A stretch of DNA of 64,000 nucleotides from Octopus vulgaris (GCA_951406725.2 OX597826.1:69192001-69256000), one strand, 5' to 3'. Numbered from the stretch's first letter, positions 25,900 to 39,164 are shown. Translations and numbers: made by a program. The notes: a model not told the origin generated them from the letters alone.

Positions 25900-26480
25900 T
25901 TTCAGTTCCAAATTTCTCCCAGGTGGATTTGACCTTGTATGCCTCTGAGGCCGATAATATAAATACCAAGAAAGTACTGGGAGAACCATACAATAGCATG
26001 TGTTCTATAAAGAATTAATGGTGGGAAGCACCAACGATGTCGTCGGGAAATCTCTGAGCAACAGGAGTGATCGGCTACAGCAACATTCTCCAGAGAACTT
26101 TGGGACCAACGTTTGTAGATATTTTCCAAATTCTTTGATTTGCCAGTGTCACGGGGTGAGAGTGATCCATTACTGGTTCAGGATAAACTATACAGGTACG
26201 GTTGTGCCGTCAACCACGCCGGTCCGAATTGAGCATAGAGAGACGACAGCGTACGGCATACGTTTGCGCAGTGCCCGAGTATTGCTGATTTACGGAGTGT
26301 TGGACAAATCTGGCTATCAACTGATGACATCGTGAAGATAATTCTGTTAGGAAGGGTAGGCAGTGTTCCCCTGCTTGGTGGATAGTGTGAAAGAGGTTTT
26401 GTGGTGGGCATGACGAAAAGGACGGGAGGTGGACGCTTTCCTCCTCCACCATGCCTTCAACAGACTATCATAGATGAAAA
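25900..26480 (+). mobile_element. Decayed Tx1/L1-type LINE ORF2 C-terminus (zinc-finger region)
   Basis: 26173-26292 reads LVQDKLYRYGCAVNHAGPN*A*RDDSVRHTFAQCPSIADL, a degenerate LPVRDKL...CxxC...ExxxHxxxxC motif. Confidence 0.7.
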
Positions 26481-26510
26481 AAGATGTTTGGATGTGTTGA
26501 GGATGGCTCC

Positions 26511-26636
26511 ATTTACAAAGCTTTGGTCAACTCGAGGCTATAGTAGAAGACACTTGGCCAAGGTGCCACGCAGTGAGACTGAACCTGGATCCATGTGGTC
26601 GGTAAGCAAGTTACTTGCCACACAGCCACTCCTGCA

Positions 26637-26673
<37 letters not shown>

Positions 26674-26828
26674 CGCGTTTCTTTCAGTTTCCGTCTATCA
26701 AATTCACTTACAAGGCTATGGTCTGCCTGAGGTAGAAGACACTTGCCCAATGTGCCACGCAGTGAGACTGAACCCGGATCAACGTGGCTGGTAAGCAAGC
26801 TACTTACCACACAGCCACTTCTGCGCCT
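26511..26828 (-). mobile_element. Two tandem SINE family A 5' halves
   Basis: Head sequence repeated either side of (TA)n at about 26640-26670. Confidence 0.85.
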
Positions 26829-27360
26829 ATATATATTTGTAAATCCCCAGTATCTTTTCTTTTTGTATTGCCCTAAATATATTTTCTGATCCTTGTGGCT
26901 AATAAAGAAGCGTTATTATTCTTATTGTTGAAGATTCTAACTGGCTACTCGAACTCGCAATCACATCGGTGAACTCGCAATCACATCGGTGAAATCTCCA
27001 TGGAGACACTAATTTCTTGATGAAAATGAAGGACTAATTGGGTTAAATAGTCTTAAATACATCTTTGTCAGAAATAGAGAAGCGATGATCACGGCTGGAA
27101 AGGAGGTTGACATTGGGAATAACTTGGAGTATGAGTAAAGAACGACATTTACCACAACACTGAAAATTAACAACAATGGTTTCGAATGTTGACACGGGAC
27201 CAGCAGAGATTGAAAGAAACGTTTAACTGATTACAACGAACCCCGTGCTTAACTGGTCCCTAATTTATCGATCCCGAAGGGATGAAAGGCAGAATCGACT
27301 TCAATGGAATATAAGCTCGGAAAGTAAAGACGGACGAAATGTTCCTAAGCATTTTGTCTG

Positions 27361-27788
27361 GCACAGGAGTGGCTGTGTGGTAAGTAGCTTGTTTACCAAC
27401 CACATGGTTCTAGGTTCAGTCCCACTGCGTGGCACCGTGGGCAAATGCCTTCTACTATAGCCTCGAGCCGTCCAAAGCCTTGTGAGTGGATTTGGTAGAC
27501 AGAAACTGAAAGAAGCCCGTCGTATATATGTATATGTATTTATATATATGTATGTGTATGTGTCTGTCTTTGTGTGTGTGTGTTTATGTGTCTTTGTTTA
27601 TCCCCCAAATCGCTTGACAACCGATGCTGGTCAGTTTACGTACCCGTCACAATCGGCAAAAAAGAGACCGATTGAATAAGTACTAGGCTTACAAAGAATA
27701 AGTCCTGGGGTCGATTTGCTCGACTAAAGGCGGTGCTCCAGCATGGTCGCAGACAAATGACTGAAACAAGTAAAAGAGTAAAAGAGAA
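27361..27788 (+). mobile_element. SINE family A, full length
   Basis: GGAGTGGCTGTGTGG head to GTAAAAGAGTAAAAGAG tail. Confidence 0.9.
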
Positions 27789-28249
27789 TGCTAAGAATTC
27801 TGCACTTTCACTGCCCTCAAGGAAATTATAATAAATTATAATAAATAATACAACCGCAACGATAAACACTCCGGCAATAAGCCGCCTCCGTCTCTTCACG
27901 TGAGAACCTCATGACCACACGCATACTCAGACGCATACACATTCACTTATACATACCGCATACACATGCACACGTACACACATACACACATAGAAACATA
28001 ATGCATACATAGCCAATGTATTGACGTTATCTCTGAACTGGTTTAACGATAAAATGAGATAACGTGTGTGTTATCTCAGACAACACCATCTGTTTTGACT
28101 GATGGATTCACCCACATCTCGTACTACAAACACTGTGTTACTGAAAAACACCGACAACTCATATTTTGGAACGTTAGCTGGTGTTTAGCTACAGACTAGA
28201 CGTACGGCCCATGATGGAGCATTGCAGCCAACATATATTTGAAGCTTAA

Positions 28250-28663
28250 GACGGCGAACTAGCAAAAATGTTAGCACGCCGGGCGAAATGCGTAGCGGTA
28301 TTTCGTCTGCCGTTACGTTCGGAGTTCAAATTCCGCCGATGTCGACTTTGCCTTTCTACCTTTCGAGATCGATAAATTTAGTACCAGTTACGCACTGGGG
28401 TCGATGTAATCGACTTAATCTGTTTGTCTGTCCTTGTTTGTCTTCTCTGTGTTTAGCCCCTTGTGGGTAGTAAAGAAATAGGTATTTCGTCTGCCCGTAC
28501 GTTCTGAGTTCAAATTCCGCCGATGTCGACTTTGCCTTTCTACCTTTCGGGGTCGATAAATTTAGTACCAGTTACGCACTGGAGTCGATGTAATCGACTT
28601 AATCCGTTTGTCTGTCCTTGTTTGTCCCCTCTGTGTTTAGCCCCTTGTGGGTAGTAAAGAAAT
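28250..28663 (+). mobile_element. SINE family B, dimer (184-bp period)
   Basis: GGTATTTCGTCTGCC at 28297 and 28481. Confidence 0.9.
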
Positions 28664-28744
28664 ACATATGTTTGAAGCTTAAACAAAAAGGAAAGTGAAA
28701 TTAAGATCTGTTGTGATGTTGTTGTTGTTGTCGCAAAGATAGAT

Positions 28745-29405
28745 GGAGGCATGTTTGTGTGGTAAGAAGTTTTCTTCTCAGCCACAACAACATCACAACA
28801 GATCTTTCCCGGTTCAGTCCCTCTTCGTGGCACCTTGAGTTGATGTTTTCTACTGTAGCTTCGGGCCGACGATCAAAGCCTTGTGACCGGATTTTGTTGA
28901 CGAAAACTGAAAGAAGCCTGTCGTGTTTAGCCCCTTGTGTGTGTGTGTGTGTGTGTGTGTATGAGTATCTGTGTGTGTGTGTGGTATGAGTAACTCTGTG
29001 TGTGTATGAGTATCTCTGTGTGTGTATGAGTATCTGTGTGTGTGTGTTTGAGTATCTCTGTGTGTGTATGTGTATCTGTGTGTGCGTATGAGTATCTGTG
29101 TGTGCGTATGAGTATCTGTGTGTGTGTATGAGTATCTCTGTGTGTGTATGAGTATATCTGTGTGTGTATGAGTATCTGTGTGTCTATGAGTATCTGTGTG
29201 TGTGTGTGTCTTTGTGTCTGGGTTTGTCCCTCACCACTGCATAACAAAATGTGTCCGTGTGTTTACGACCCCGTAACTTAGCGGTTTGGCAAAAGACACC
29301 GATAGAATAGGCACCTGGCGGAAAAATAACAAAATAGGTAGTTGGGTTGATTCACTCGACTAAAACATTCGAAGGCGGTGCCCCAGCATGGAGCAGTCTA
29401 ATGAC
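28745..29405 (+). mobile_element. Diverged SINE family A with an internal GTATGAGTATCTGTGTGT minisatellite
   Basis: Head and tail match family A; about 12 units of 18-22 bp at 28958-29200. Confidence 0.75.
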
Positions 29406-29407
29406 AC

Positions 29408-29971
29408 AGCGGAGACAAACAAGGACAGACAGAAGGATTAAGTCGATTAAATCGACCCCAGTGTGTAACTAGTACTTAATTTATCGACCCCGAAAGGATG
29501 AAAGGCAAAGTCGAGCTCGGCAGAATTTGAACTCCGAACGTAACAGCAGACGAAATACCTAGTTCTTTACTACCCACAAGGGGCTAAATATAGAGGGGAC
29601 AAACAAGGACAGACAAGCGGATTAAGTCGATTACATCGACCCCAGTGCGTAACTGGTACTTAATTTATCGACCCCGAAAGAATGAAATGTAAAGTCGACC
29701 TCGGCGGAATTTGAACTCAGAACGTAAAGACGGACGAAATACCTATTTCTTTACTACCCTAAGCTTCAAACAGAGAGGACAAACAAGGACAGACAAACGG
29801 ATTAAGTCGATTACAGCGACACCAGTGCGTAACTAGTACTTAATTTAATCGACCCCGAAAGAATGAAAGGCAAAGTCGACCTCGGTGGAATTTGAACTCA
29901 GAACATAACGGCAGATGAAATACCGCTAAGCATTTCGCCCGGCGTACTAACGTTTCTGCCAGCTCGGCGCT
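29408..29971 (-). mobile_element. SINE family B, trimer
   Basis: Three consecutive units of about 183 bp. Confidence 0.9.
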
Positions 29972-30289
29972 TTAATCCCGTAATACATAATGCAAGATGT
30001 TCTTTGTAAAGATTACCTAAGTGACTTGACTTCTAGCCGCTGCTTCTATGATGTCGGATGTCCCTGTAGAGGCTTAGCTCAATGTTGATTTTATTGTTGT
30101 CGTTGCTGCAGCTACTATTGTACTTGTAATTGCTGATGTGGCAGTTGTTGCCTCCGTACAATCGATCTTATTGCCCTATTGTCTTCTTGCTGTTTTCATT
30201 GTATTTGCTTTTGTGGGGGTTTTCTTGTTATAGCTGCACATTTTGTTGATGTCGCTGTTGATGTTGCTGCTGCAGCTTTTGTTGTTGTT

Positions 30290-31750
30290 GTTGTTGACGG
30301 TGGTAGTGGTGGTGGTGGTGGTTGTCGTGGTGGTGGTGGTGGTTGTCGTGGTGGTGGTACTAGTGGTGATAGTAGTGGTGGTGGTGGTGGTGGTGGTGGT
30401 GGTGGTTGTCGTGGTGGTGGTTCTGGTGGTGATGGGTCTTGTGGTGGTGTAGGTGGTGGCAGTGACTGTAGTAGTAGTGGTGGTGGTGGTTGTTAAAGTA
30501 GTGAGGGTAGTGTTGCTTTGACAGGTGATGATGGTGGTGGTGTTGGTGGTGGTGGTGGCAGTGGTGGTGGTGGTGGTGGTGGTGGAGGTGATAGTGGTGG
30601 TGGTTCTGGTGGTGATGGGTCTTGTGGTGGTGTGGGTGGTGGCAGTGACTGTAGTAGTAGTGGTGGTGGTGGTTGTCGTGGTGTTGGTTCTGGTGGTGAT
30701 GGGTCTTGTGGTGGTTGTTAAAGTAGTGAGGGTAGTGTTGCTTTGACATGTGATGGTGGTGGTGGTGGTGGTGGTTGTCGTGGTGGTGGTTCTGGTGGTG
30801 ATAGTGGTGGTGGTGATATTAGTGGTGATGGGTCTTGTGGTGGTGTGGGTGGTGGCAGTGACTGTAGTAGTGGTGGTGGTGGTGGTGGTGGTTCTGATGA
30901 GTCTTGTGGTGGTGTGGGTGGTGGCAGTGACTGTAGTAGTAGTGGTGGTAGTGGTTGTTAAAGTAGTGAGGGTAGTGTTGCTTTGACAGGTGATGATGGT
31001 GGTGGTGTTGGTGGTGGTGGTGTTGTTGTTGGTGGTGGTGGTTATTTCATTGAGTGATTATTGTTGGTATTGATGGTGATGGTGATGGTGATGGTAAATG
31101 TGGTGGCGCTGGTACTGGTGATGGTATTTTTGCTACTGCTAGCAATGATGATGCTGGTTGCTGCTGCTGAGGCTGCTGCTGCTACCAGTGAAGTTACTGG
31201 TGTTGGTATTGGTTGAAGTTGTGATAGTGAACTTTTTTCTGTATTGATTGAAGCTGTTGTTGTTGTTGCTGGTGATGGTGGTGGTTGTGGTGTGTGTGGT
31301 GGTGGTGGTGGTGGTGGTGCTGCTGCTAATGCTGGTGTGTGTGGGGATGGTAGTGATGGTGGGGGTCTTATGGGGGTGGTGGTACTGGTAGTGGCGTCAA
31401 TGGCGTAGGTGTTATGGTGGTGGTGCTGTGAGTGGTGTAGGTGTTATGGTGGTTGTGGTGGTGGTGGTGGTGGTTGTGGCGGTGGTGGTGGTGGTGGTTG
31501 TGGTGGTAGTGGTGATGGTTGTGGTGGTGGTGGTGGTGGTGGTGCAGCTAATGCTAGTGTTAGCGGGGTGGTGGTGGTGTTTGTAGCGGTGGTGGTGGTG
31601 GTGCTGGTGGTGGTGGTGGTGGTGGTGTTTGTGGCGGTGGTGGTCGTGGTGGTGGTGGTCGTGGTGGTGGTGATCGCGGTGGTGGTGGTTGTGGTGATGG
31701 TGGTGGTGGCGGTGGTACAGCTGCTGTCGATGATGATGATGATGATGGTT
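30290..31750. repeat. (GGT)n-derived minisatellite with 226-240-bp higher-order unit
   Basis: TGTTAAAGTAGTGAGGGTAGTGTTGCTTTGACA recurs at about 30491, 30716 and 30956. Confidence 0.85.
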
Positions 31751-32179
31751 CTGTTTATAGTGACAGTGATGTTATTGATTTTTTTTCCTTATTTCTATCG
31801 ATTGTTTGCTGTTGTTGTTCTTGTTATTGTTGTTGTCATACATTAATGTCAACCCTGATTGAACTGACTCGTCACTGGATTGACAGAATCGTTTTGAGCA
31901 ACGGTAGGAAAATAAAGAGAAAGATACCTTGTGGTATTTAGTTACGCCTCTTTACCTTCTAAGTTCAAATCCTGCCACGGCATCATACTTGACCTTTCAC
32001 CTTTCACCTTTCACAGGTCAATAAAACAAAGCAAAAGTGAAATATTGGAGTCGAATTAATATTCTTTTGAAAAAGCATTCAAGATGTGGATGGAATTACA
32101 AATGGAAGAGTAAAACTTTTCTCTTCCTGATTGATTGGTTGTGAGGTGAACGTTTCGTTGTTGCTATTGTCCTCTACAG

Positions 32180-32180
32180 C

Positions 32181-32242
<62 letters not shown>

Positions 32243-32426
32243 TGTAGCAGTAGCAGCAGCAGTAATAGCAACAGATGTAGTAGTAGTAGTCGTAGTAGCA
32301 ATGGCAGCATATGTAATAGTAGTAGTAGTAGTAGTAAACATGAGCAGCAGCAGTAGTAGTAGTAGTAACAATCGTGGTGATAGTAGTAGTAAGATCAGCA
32401 GCAGCAGCAGCAGCAGCAGTAGTAGC

Positions 32427-32467
<41 letters not shown>

Positions 32468-32495
32468 CAGTAGTAGTAGCAGTAGTAGTAGTAGT

Positions 32496-32533
<38 letters not shown>

Positions 32534-32560
32534 TAGTAGTAGTAGCAGCAGCAGCAGCAG
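32180..32560. repeat. (TAG)n/(CAG)n microsatellite
   Basis: Direct reading. Confidence 0.95.
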
Positions 32561-33187
32561 TTATCATAGCTGCACTTGTTTCATCCCTTGCCATTTCTGA
32601 TTAAGCTGAATTATGAAAAATTTCCAGCCGTGACTGATCCATTGAGACATAAGTACATCGAGGACTACATCATCAAAATGTGTTCCGTCTCTCCTTTACG
32701 ATACTATCTAGGTTTCATTACAGGAGAGGCTTCTTCACAGTTTCCCAAATAATAGCGTGCAAAAGCTTGTCATATCTGTGTGTTCGTGTGTATGCGTATG
32801 CGTGTTTGTGTGTCTATCTGTGTGTGTATGTGCGTGTATGTGTGTGAGTGAGATAGTGAGTGTGTGTGTCTGTGTGTATTTTTTTAATGTGTGCGTGCGT
32901 GTGTTTTTGCTTGTGTTTGTAAACCATTACCGATTGACAACCGGTTTTGGTTTGTTTACACCCCTGCAACCTAGAGGTTTGAGAAGAGATATTGATAGGA
33001 TAAGTACGAGACTTAAAAAGCGTGTACTGTGGTTGATTTGTGTGAGGAAACCCTTCAAAGCAGCGCCCCAGCTAGGCTGCAGTCCAATGACCGAAATCAT
33101 TGTTCAGCTTTTGGAATCCTTTTAAAATGTCAGCTTTTAAGATGTTGCTGTTCTTCTTGGGTCACGACGATGGTTGATGTTGTTCAT

Positions 33188-33423
33188 AAGGCAGCGAGCT
33201 GGCAGAATCGTTAGCACGCTGGACGAAATGCTTAGCAGTATTTCGTCTGTCTTTACGTTCTGAGTTCAAATTCCGCCGAGGTCGACTTTGCCTTTCATCC
33301 TTTCGGAGTCTATTAAATAAGTACCAGTTACGCACTGAAGTCGATATAATCGACTTAATCCGTTTGTCTGTCCTTGTTTGTCCCCTCTGTGTTTAGCCCC
33401 TTTGTGGGTAGTAAAGAAATAGG
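33188..33423 (+). mobile_element. SINE family B, monomer
   Basis: AAGGCAGCGAGCTGGCAGAATCGTTAGCACG head, B box GAGTTCAAATTCC, central GCCTTTCATCCTTTCGG domain (resembles the widespread Meta-type SINE domain; unverified). Confidence 0.9.
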
Positions 33424-35644
33424 TTGATGTTCACAATAAGATCATCCCTAACCTCCAAACCCATGAGACTTCCGGATATTTCTATCCCCTCTTTTTATTT
33501 ACTCAGACGCGAGATTCCTAGGATGATATTATTCAACAAGTCCTTTTTTTTTTCAAAATAAAATGAAATAAATGTTCTTTGAAGTTAAAGTTTGGCTGCT
33601 ATTTCTAACATTTCCCGAAACCGTGTAGAAGTCCCTTCACTACATCATGGTAACTGTGTCATTCTCAATACATCTGGATGGTCGGTGATGGAGGGAGACA
33701 TCCTCTTAAATCTTTTGTCTTGATGTAGAGTATCTAGAACAAGTATGCTAGCTTATTACCCAGAATATCTAGGGCAACTGACGCTCTCTTGTAAACCACA
33801 TTGAAATAAATAAGAGGGACGTTTTAGTTTATACGCATTAACTCTATGTCCCGAGACTAATTGAGGAATGAACTGGGGGGTAATAAATATGATATTCAGG
33901 TGATAAAATAAGAACAGAAGATATTAGAAAAAACAACAAAGGAGGAACACAATATATTTATTTCTCGAGCAGTAACGAACTGAGATTTTGGATGTTCTAA
34001 ATATGTCACCACATTACGAGTGAATGAATCACACAGGTATTTTTTTTTTACATATGCATGGTGAGGTAACATGATATGGGTCTATTCATTACTCTAATGG
34101 CAAACCATCAGAATATTTATTATTATAAAACAGACCAGTTTGGCTGTCGTTGTTGTTTGACCTCAGCGTAAAGGTAAACATCCTAAAGGCGACTTTTGAT
34201 CAAATTGATTCCAGCCATAACCATCCCTTCTTTTCACTCGGGTATTGCGTATCTAGGACAAGATTATTTATTGTGCCCTTCCTTCTATGATACGATAGAG
34301 TATAATTTCAGGGCAATCTATTAGCTGTCTTACAAGTCGCACGACCACTACTAGCCATCTTTACCGTTGGTTCGTTTCGCAATGTGGCGAGGATGGAGTG
34401 TTTTATACTACATTTACTTTTCATACGAATATACCACCAAGAACACCAGGGCAGGTTCATGAAAATCGAGGCCATGTACGGTTCCGATGCACTGTTAATC
34501 CCACACCAGTTAATTAATGCTACAGAAGACATATGAAGCAAAAATTAAAGAGGAGACTGCCACACCTTCATATATACGTTCACTTAAAATTTTGTCTTTG
34601 TTACATGTTCCCCTCATTTCATGAGACTAGTGTTGTCCAAGAGAAAAAAACAGACATAGATCGATAAAACAACACTGCAAAGCAATTTTTGACCGATGCT
34701 CATTACGCTCTGAGCTTAAAAACCGTTGGGTTTATCTTTGCTCTTTCATGCCACTTGGGGTGATTAAATAAAATACAATTCTAGTAATAGCGTTAATGAT
34801 GCCGACCAATTCCCTCCGTTAACGTTACTAGTGTTGTGCATAAACTTAACAGTTATTGTTTTTTGTTACATACTTCAGTTCATAACGAACGCCTTGGAAA
34901 TAGGAGCACGAGTCGCCGGAAGCGATGTCGACTTTGACTTCTAATTGTCTTCAGAGCACAATATGAACAAGACATGAGCGTAGACATAGCATTTGACGAT
35001 ATGTAATAGAATGGGTTTACCGTCTACATACAAGTTGTAATGATCCAAAAAGACTACAAAGTAATTCCCGAACTGTATCCTGCAGTGGGTGTTGTAAGGA
35101 AGACCTTGAAGCTCGGCATCCAATATAATTAGACCGGCTGCTACAAATATTAAAGAGCTCTTCATGAGGACGTGTTTATATCTTGAATGTGATAAAGTGT
35201 AGAACTAGATTATTATCCTGCTTCCAGCTACAGTGTTGCTACCAGGATTTGAAAACTAGAGGACATTTCCCTCATTATTTTGTGATTTAGGGGGCATTTT
35301 TTAAAAAACAAGGGGGAATTCGCGGCGGTGTTCAATGAACAAATTAAACACACTACCCCGCAGTGGCTAAAAGCAACAAATAAATAAATGATGAACATTG
35401 CTGGCCATGAGGGGAAACCAAAGATAACTCGTGGGTTAGTAAAGGTAATACTTAGTCCGCAGTGACAGGCGAACTATAAGACCGAATAATTCCTTCTCCA
35501 AGCTATCAACTGCACAGGTCCTTTTTAGCAGCATTATAGCACCGCTCACCCAACAAATCAATCCAGGAGGTCTTATAGTATTGATCTAGTGACAATAAAC
35601 CACAGCACACATAGATCAGAATTGGGACCTAAGCAACTGCCCAG

Positions 35645-36337
35645 CAGTGGCGGCTTCTGTATAAGAACTACAGAACTGCAGCACCCACTATTTCCTCTCA
35701 ATATTTTCGATAATATTCAATATAATGAGTCCTTTTTTTTCCTTTAATTCTTTTTTATACTTGTACATTATACAATCCTTAAGCTCAATGTCAGTAGCTA
35801 TACCCTAGTTTATGAAAAAAATACAAAAATCCTTGTATAGAACTGTGCGCTTCATAATTCCAGCGATGCGGCATTTGGCTGTTGTGCGCATGCTAACAAG
35901 TCCGAGATAGGATAGCTTCACACTAGGGAATAAGAGCACTGCGTGAGCGACAGTGCTGAGTGAAAGGTGGTGTTTCTTTTTGACTCCGCGTGTGTCGTGC
36001 TTAAAAACGTGTTTATATCTCGAATGTGATAAAGTGTAGAACTAGGTTATTATCCTGCTTCTAGCTACGGTGTTACTACCAGGATTTGAAAACTAGAGGA
36101 CATTTCCCTCCTTATTTTGCTATGTAGGGGAGATTTTTTAAAAACAAGGGGGAATTCGCGGCGATGTGTAATGAACAAATTAAACACACTACCCGGCAGT
36201 GGCTAAAACGCGAATGGATCGTGTTTATGTATAAATTTTCTTTTTAAATGTTTTTTTCCTTTCACATAATATGAAAACAACGGCCAAAAATTTTCTGAAG
36301 CAGCACTCCCACTAATTTTATCTACGAGCCGCCACTG
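35645..36337. mobile_element. hAT-type MITE / non-autonomous DNA transposon
   Basis: 11-bp TIRs CAGTGGCGGCT/AGCCGCCACTG; 8-bp TSD CTGCCCAG (35637-35644) versus CTGTCCGG (36338-36345); subterminal GCAGCAC(T)CCCACTA motifs. Confidence 0.8.
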
Positions 36338-36499
36338 CTGTCCGGTGTATCTATGCTGTAAGACGGCATTGTCCCTGAGTTCAGATGATAGCCTTGTCCT
36401 CTTACCAAGTTAGTTCGCCAGGACAAAAGCTTTTGGCGGGCTTCTGCTGTTGTTATTGTAATTGTTGTTGTCGCCCTCGTCGTCTTCGTCAACATTATC

Positions 36500-36685
36500 T
36501 CTGTTACTTATCCTCTGCTTAATCCTGATCGAATAGACCAATGATCCAAACCATTCCAGTTGTGACCACCCCTTCTTTTCAGAGGTATCAAAGACTACAT
36601 TTTCTGATGTGGCATTTTTTTCCTTAAAACGGTGGACGTGAGGGATTTGAGGCAGATTTGGCTGCATTTTCTAGCGGGTTGACTT
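36500..36685 (+). repeat. Old dispersed repeat ending GATTTGGCTGC(T)ATTTCTAGC
   Basis: Diverged relatives at about 32620, 33440-33625, 34150-34340 and 44690. Confidence 0.5.
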
Positions 36686-36843
36686 ATTAAGCAGCAGGTG
36701 AATAGTATTTTTTTTCTCTCACATCAATTCCCTTACATCACTAAAAAGCATCTGGGAAACGCATGAACTACACAACGCTACCTACAGGTCTATAGACCTG
36801 AAGCTTAATTTGTGTCCAGAGAAGCAATTGATTATATTTCTCC

Positions 36844-36898
<55 letters not shown>

Positions 36899-37046
36899 TC
36901 TCGCCGTCTCTCCTTCGCTGCATCTCAATTTCTTCCTCTCTCTTTCTCTCTTTCTCTCTCACTCTCTCTTACACACACACGCACGCCTACACGTACATAC
37001 ATACACACACATATACACAAATGTATACACTTTCATTCATCCACCC

Positions 37047-37112
<66 letters not shown>

Positions 37113-37345
37113 GTATATATAAGAGAATATATACATATAAAACATACGTACAAATACATATATATTTATAAAGGATAAAATTATTATAAAATGACAATAA
37201 TTATATCAGTGAACAACATGTAACTAAATAATTATGAATATATATATATATACGCACATACATATGTATAGATATATGTACAAGAATGTCAGCACCGCCC
37301 TTCATACATACATACACATACAAACACAAACTATAACCAAACACA

Positions 37346-37438
<93 letters not shown>

Positions 37439-37487
37439 TTGAGACAAATACGACTGACAAGATCAAAATTGTATTTCAAATATCTGA

Positions 37488-37503
37488 CAGCGCCCTCTCG
37501 CGG
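37488..37503 (-). promoter_or_regulatory. Candidate CTCF binding site
   Basis: Minus strand CCGCGAGAGGGCGCTG fits the bilaterian CTCF core motif, within a short non-repetitive island. Confidence 0.35.
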
Positions 37504-37732
37504 AATTGTCTTCCCGAAAGTTTCGTAGTAAAAAAACAAAAAACAAAAAAAAAAGAGCCAAGAAATAAATATGAAACATAACGATGTCAATGGCGGCGAT
37601 GCTCCCCGCTCTTTCTGAAAACTACTCAACTATTTTGTTTTATGAGGGGCGTGTGCCTTATATAGTGAAATAGTTGTATTCCAAAACAATGGGGTTATAT
37701 GGGGGGGGGGTGCAGAGTGGAAGGGCAAAGTC

Positions 37733-37763
<31 letters not shown>

Positions 37764-37809
37764 AACGCACACACACATATATATATGAATGAATTAGAGA
37801 GGGTTACAC

Positions 37810-37818
37810 AGAATTGTG

Positions 37819-37850
<32 letters not shown>

Positions 37851-38485
37851 GGTGGTGGTGGTGGTGGTTGTGGTGGTGGTGGTCGTCGTCGTCGTCGTGG
37901 TGGTGGAGGTGGTGGTGGTGGTGATGGTGGTCGTGGTGGTGTTGGTCGTGGTGGTGGTGGTGGAGGTGGAGGTGGTGGTGGAAGCATCGTCCCCGTGATC
38001 GTGGATTCGGTGGTGTCGGATGGGTCGGGGGGGTGATGCTGAAATTGGTGATAGTGATGGAGGAAGCGGTGACGGTGGTGTTGCTAGTGGTGCTAGTGGT
38101 GATGGTGGTGATGGTGTTGGTGTTGGTGGTGGTGGTGGTATTGGTGGTGGTGCTATTTGGTAGCACTGGTGATGATGGTATTCGAACTGGTGGTAGTTGT
38201 GGCGGTGGTGATTGTGGTGGTGGCGATGGTGGTGGTGGTGGTGGTGGTGGTGGTGGTGGTTGTATATGTATGTGTGGAGGTTAAGAGAAGAAAGACATTT
38301 TTTTTTTTTTGAAATTTCTCTGAGGTGAATAACGAAAGTGGATGTAGGCTTGTCTTATCGAGAGAAAGAGAAAGAGAAAGATAGAGAAGACAATAACAAG
38401 AAGAGGTAACGCGGTGGTGGCGGAGTTGGCGGGTGTTGGCGGAGGCGGTACTTGTTGTTGTTGTGGTGGTGGTGGTGGTGGTGGT
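37810..38485. repeat. (GGT)n-rich low-complexity tract
   Basis: Direct reading. Confidence 0.9.
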
Positions 38486-39010
38486 ATGTAGAGACGTTGG
38501 TGGGTTAGTGGGTTAGCAGACGCAGGAAGGTGGTGTGTGGATGACAAATGGATGCAACAGGAAATCACGGAGAATCTTTGTCTGTTTTTAACTCTTCCCC
38601 TCTAACCCCTCACCCCCACCCGCCACTCCATATTCTTCACTTCACCCATTTTCTTTCAATTTCCTTCTTATCTTGTCTCATTCTTCCTTTCTTTCGTTTA
38701 CCTTCCTGCCCTCACTCGCTTCCTCTGTTTCTTTATTTCTCTGTCTCCCCCCCTCTCTCTCTTTCTATTCATACATATATACATACACTCACACATACAC
38801 ATACACACAAATATGTATACATATATATGTGTGTGTGTGCATATGTATATATACATATTGATATATATATAGAACTATATCTATATCTATCTTTCTACAT
38901 ATATATGTATATATGTACGTGTTTGTGTGTACGCGAACGCGTATATTTACATATATATATATATATATATACATACATATATACACACACACATACAAAC
39001 ACACACACAC

Positions 39011-39052
<42 letters not shown>

Positions 39053-39119
39053 GATATAAGGCTTATCCATAATAATGTATGCATATATATGTATATACAA
39101 ACGAACAGAACACGCACAG

Positions 39120-39164
<45 letters not shown>

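Noticed and set aside
26950-26992. 20-bp tandem duplication (and a 29-bp one at about 47844-47897)
   Set aside because: Ordinary slippage duplications with no further structure.
30179-31846. Gly-rich or His-rich ORFs resembling cephalopod structural proteins
   Set aside because: Open on both strands because of (GGT)n; interrupted by recurring stops; no signal peptide or exon evidence.
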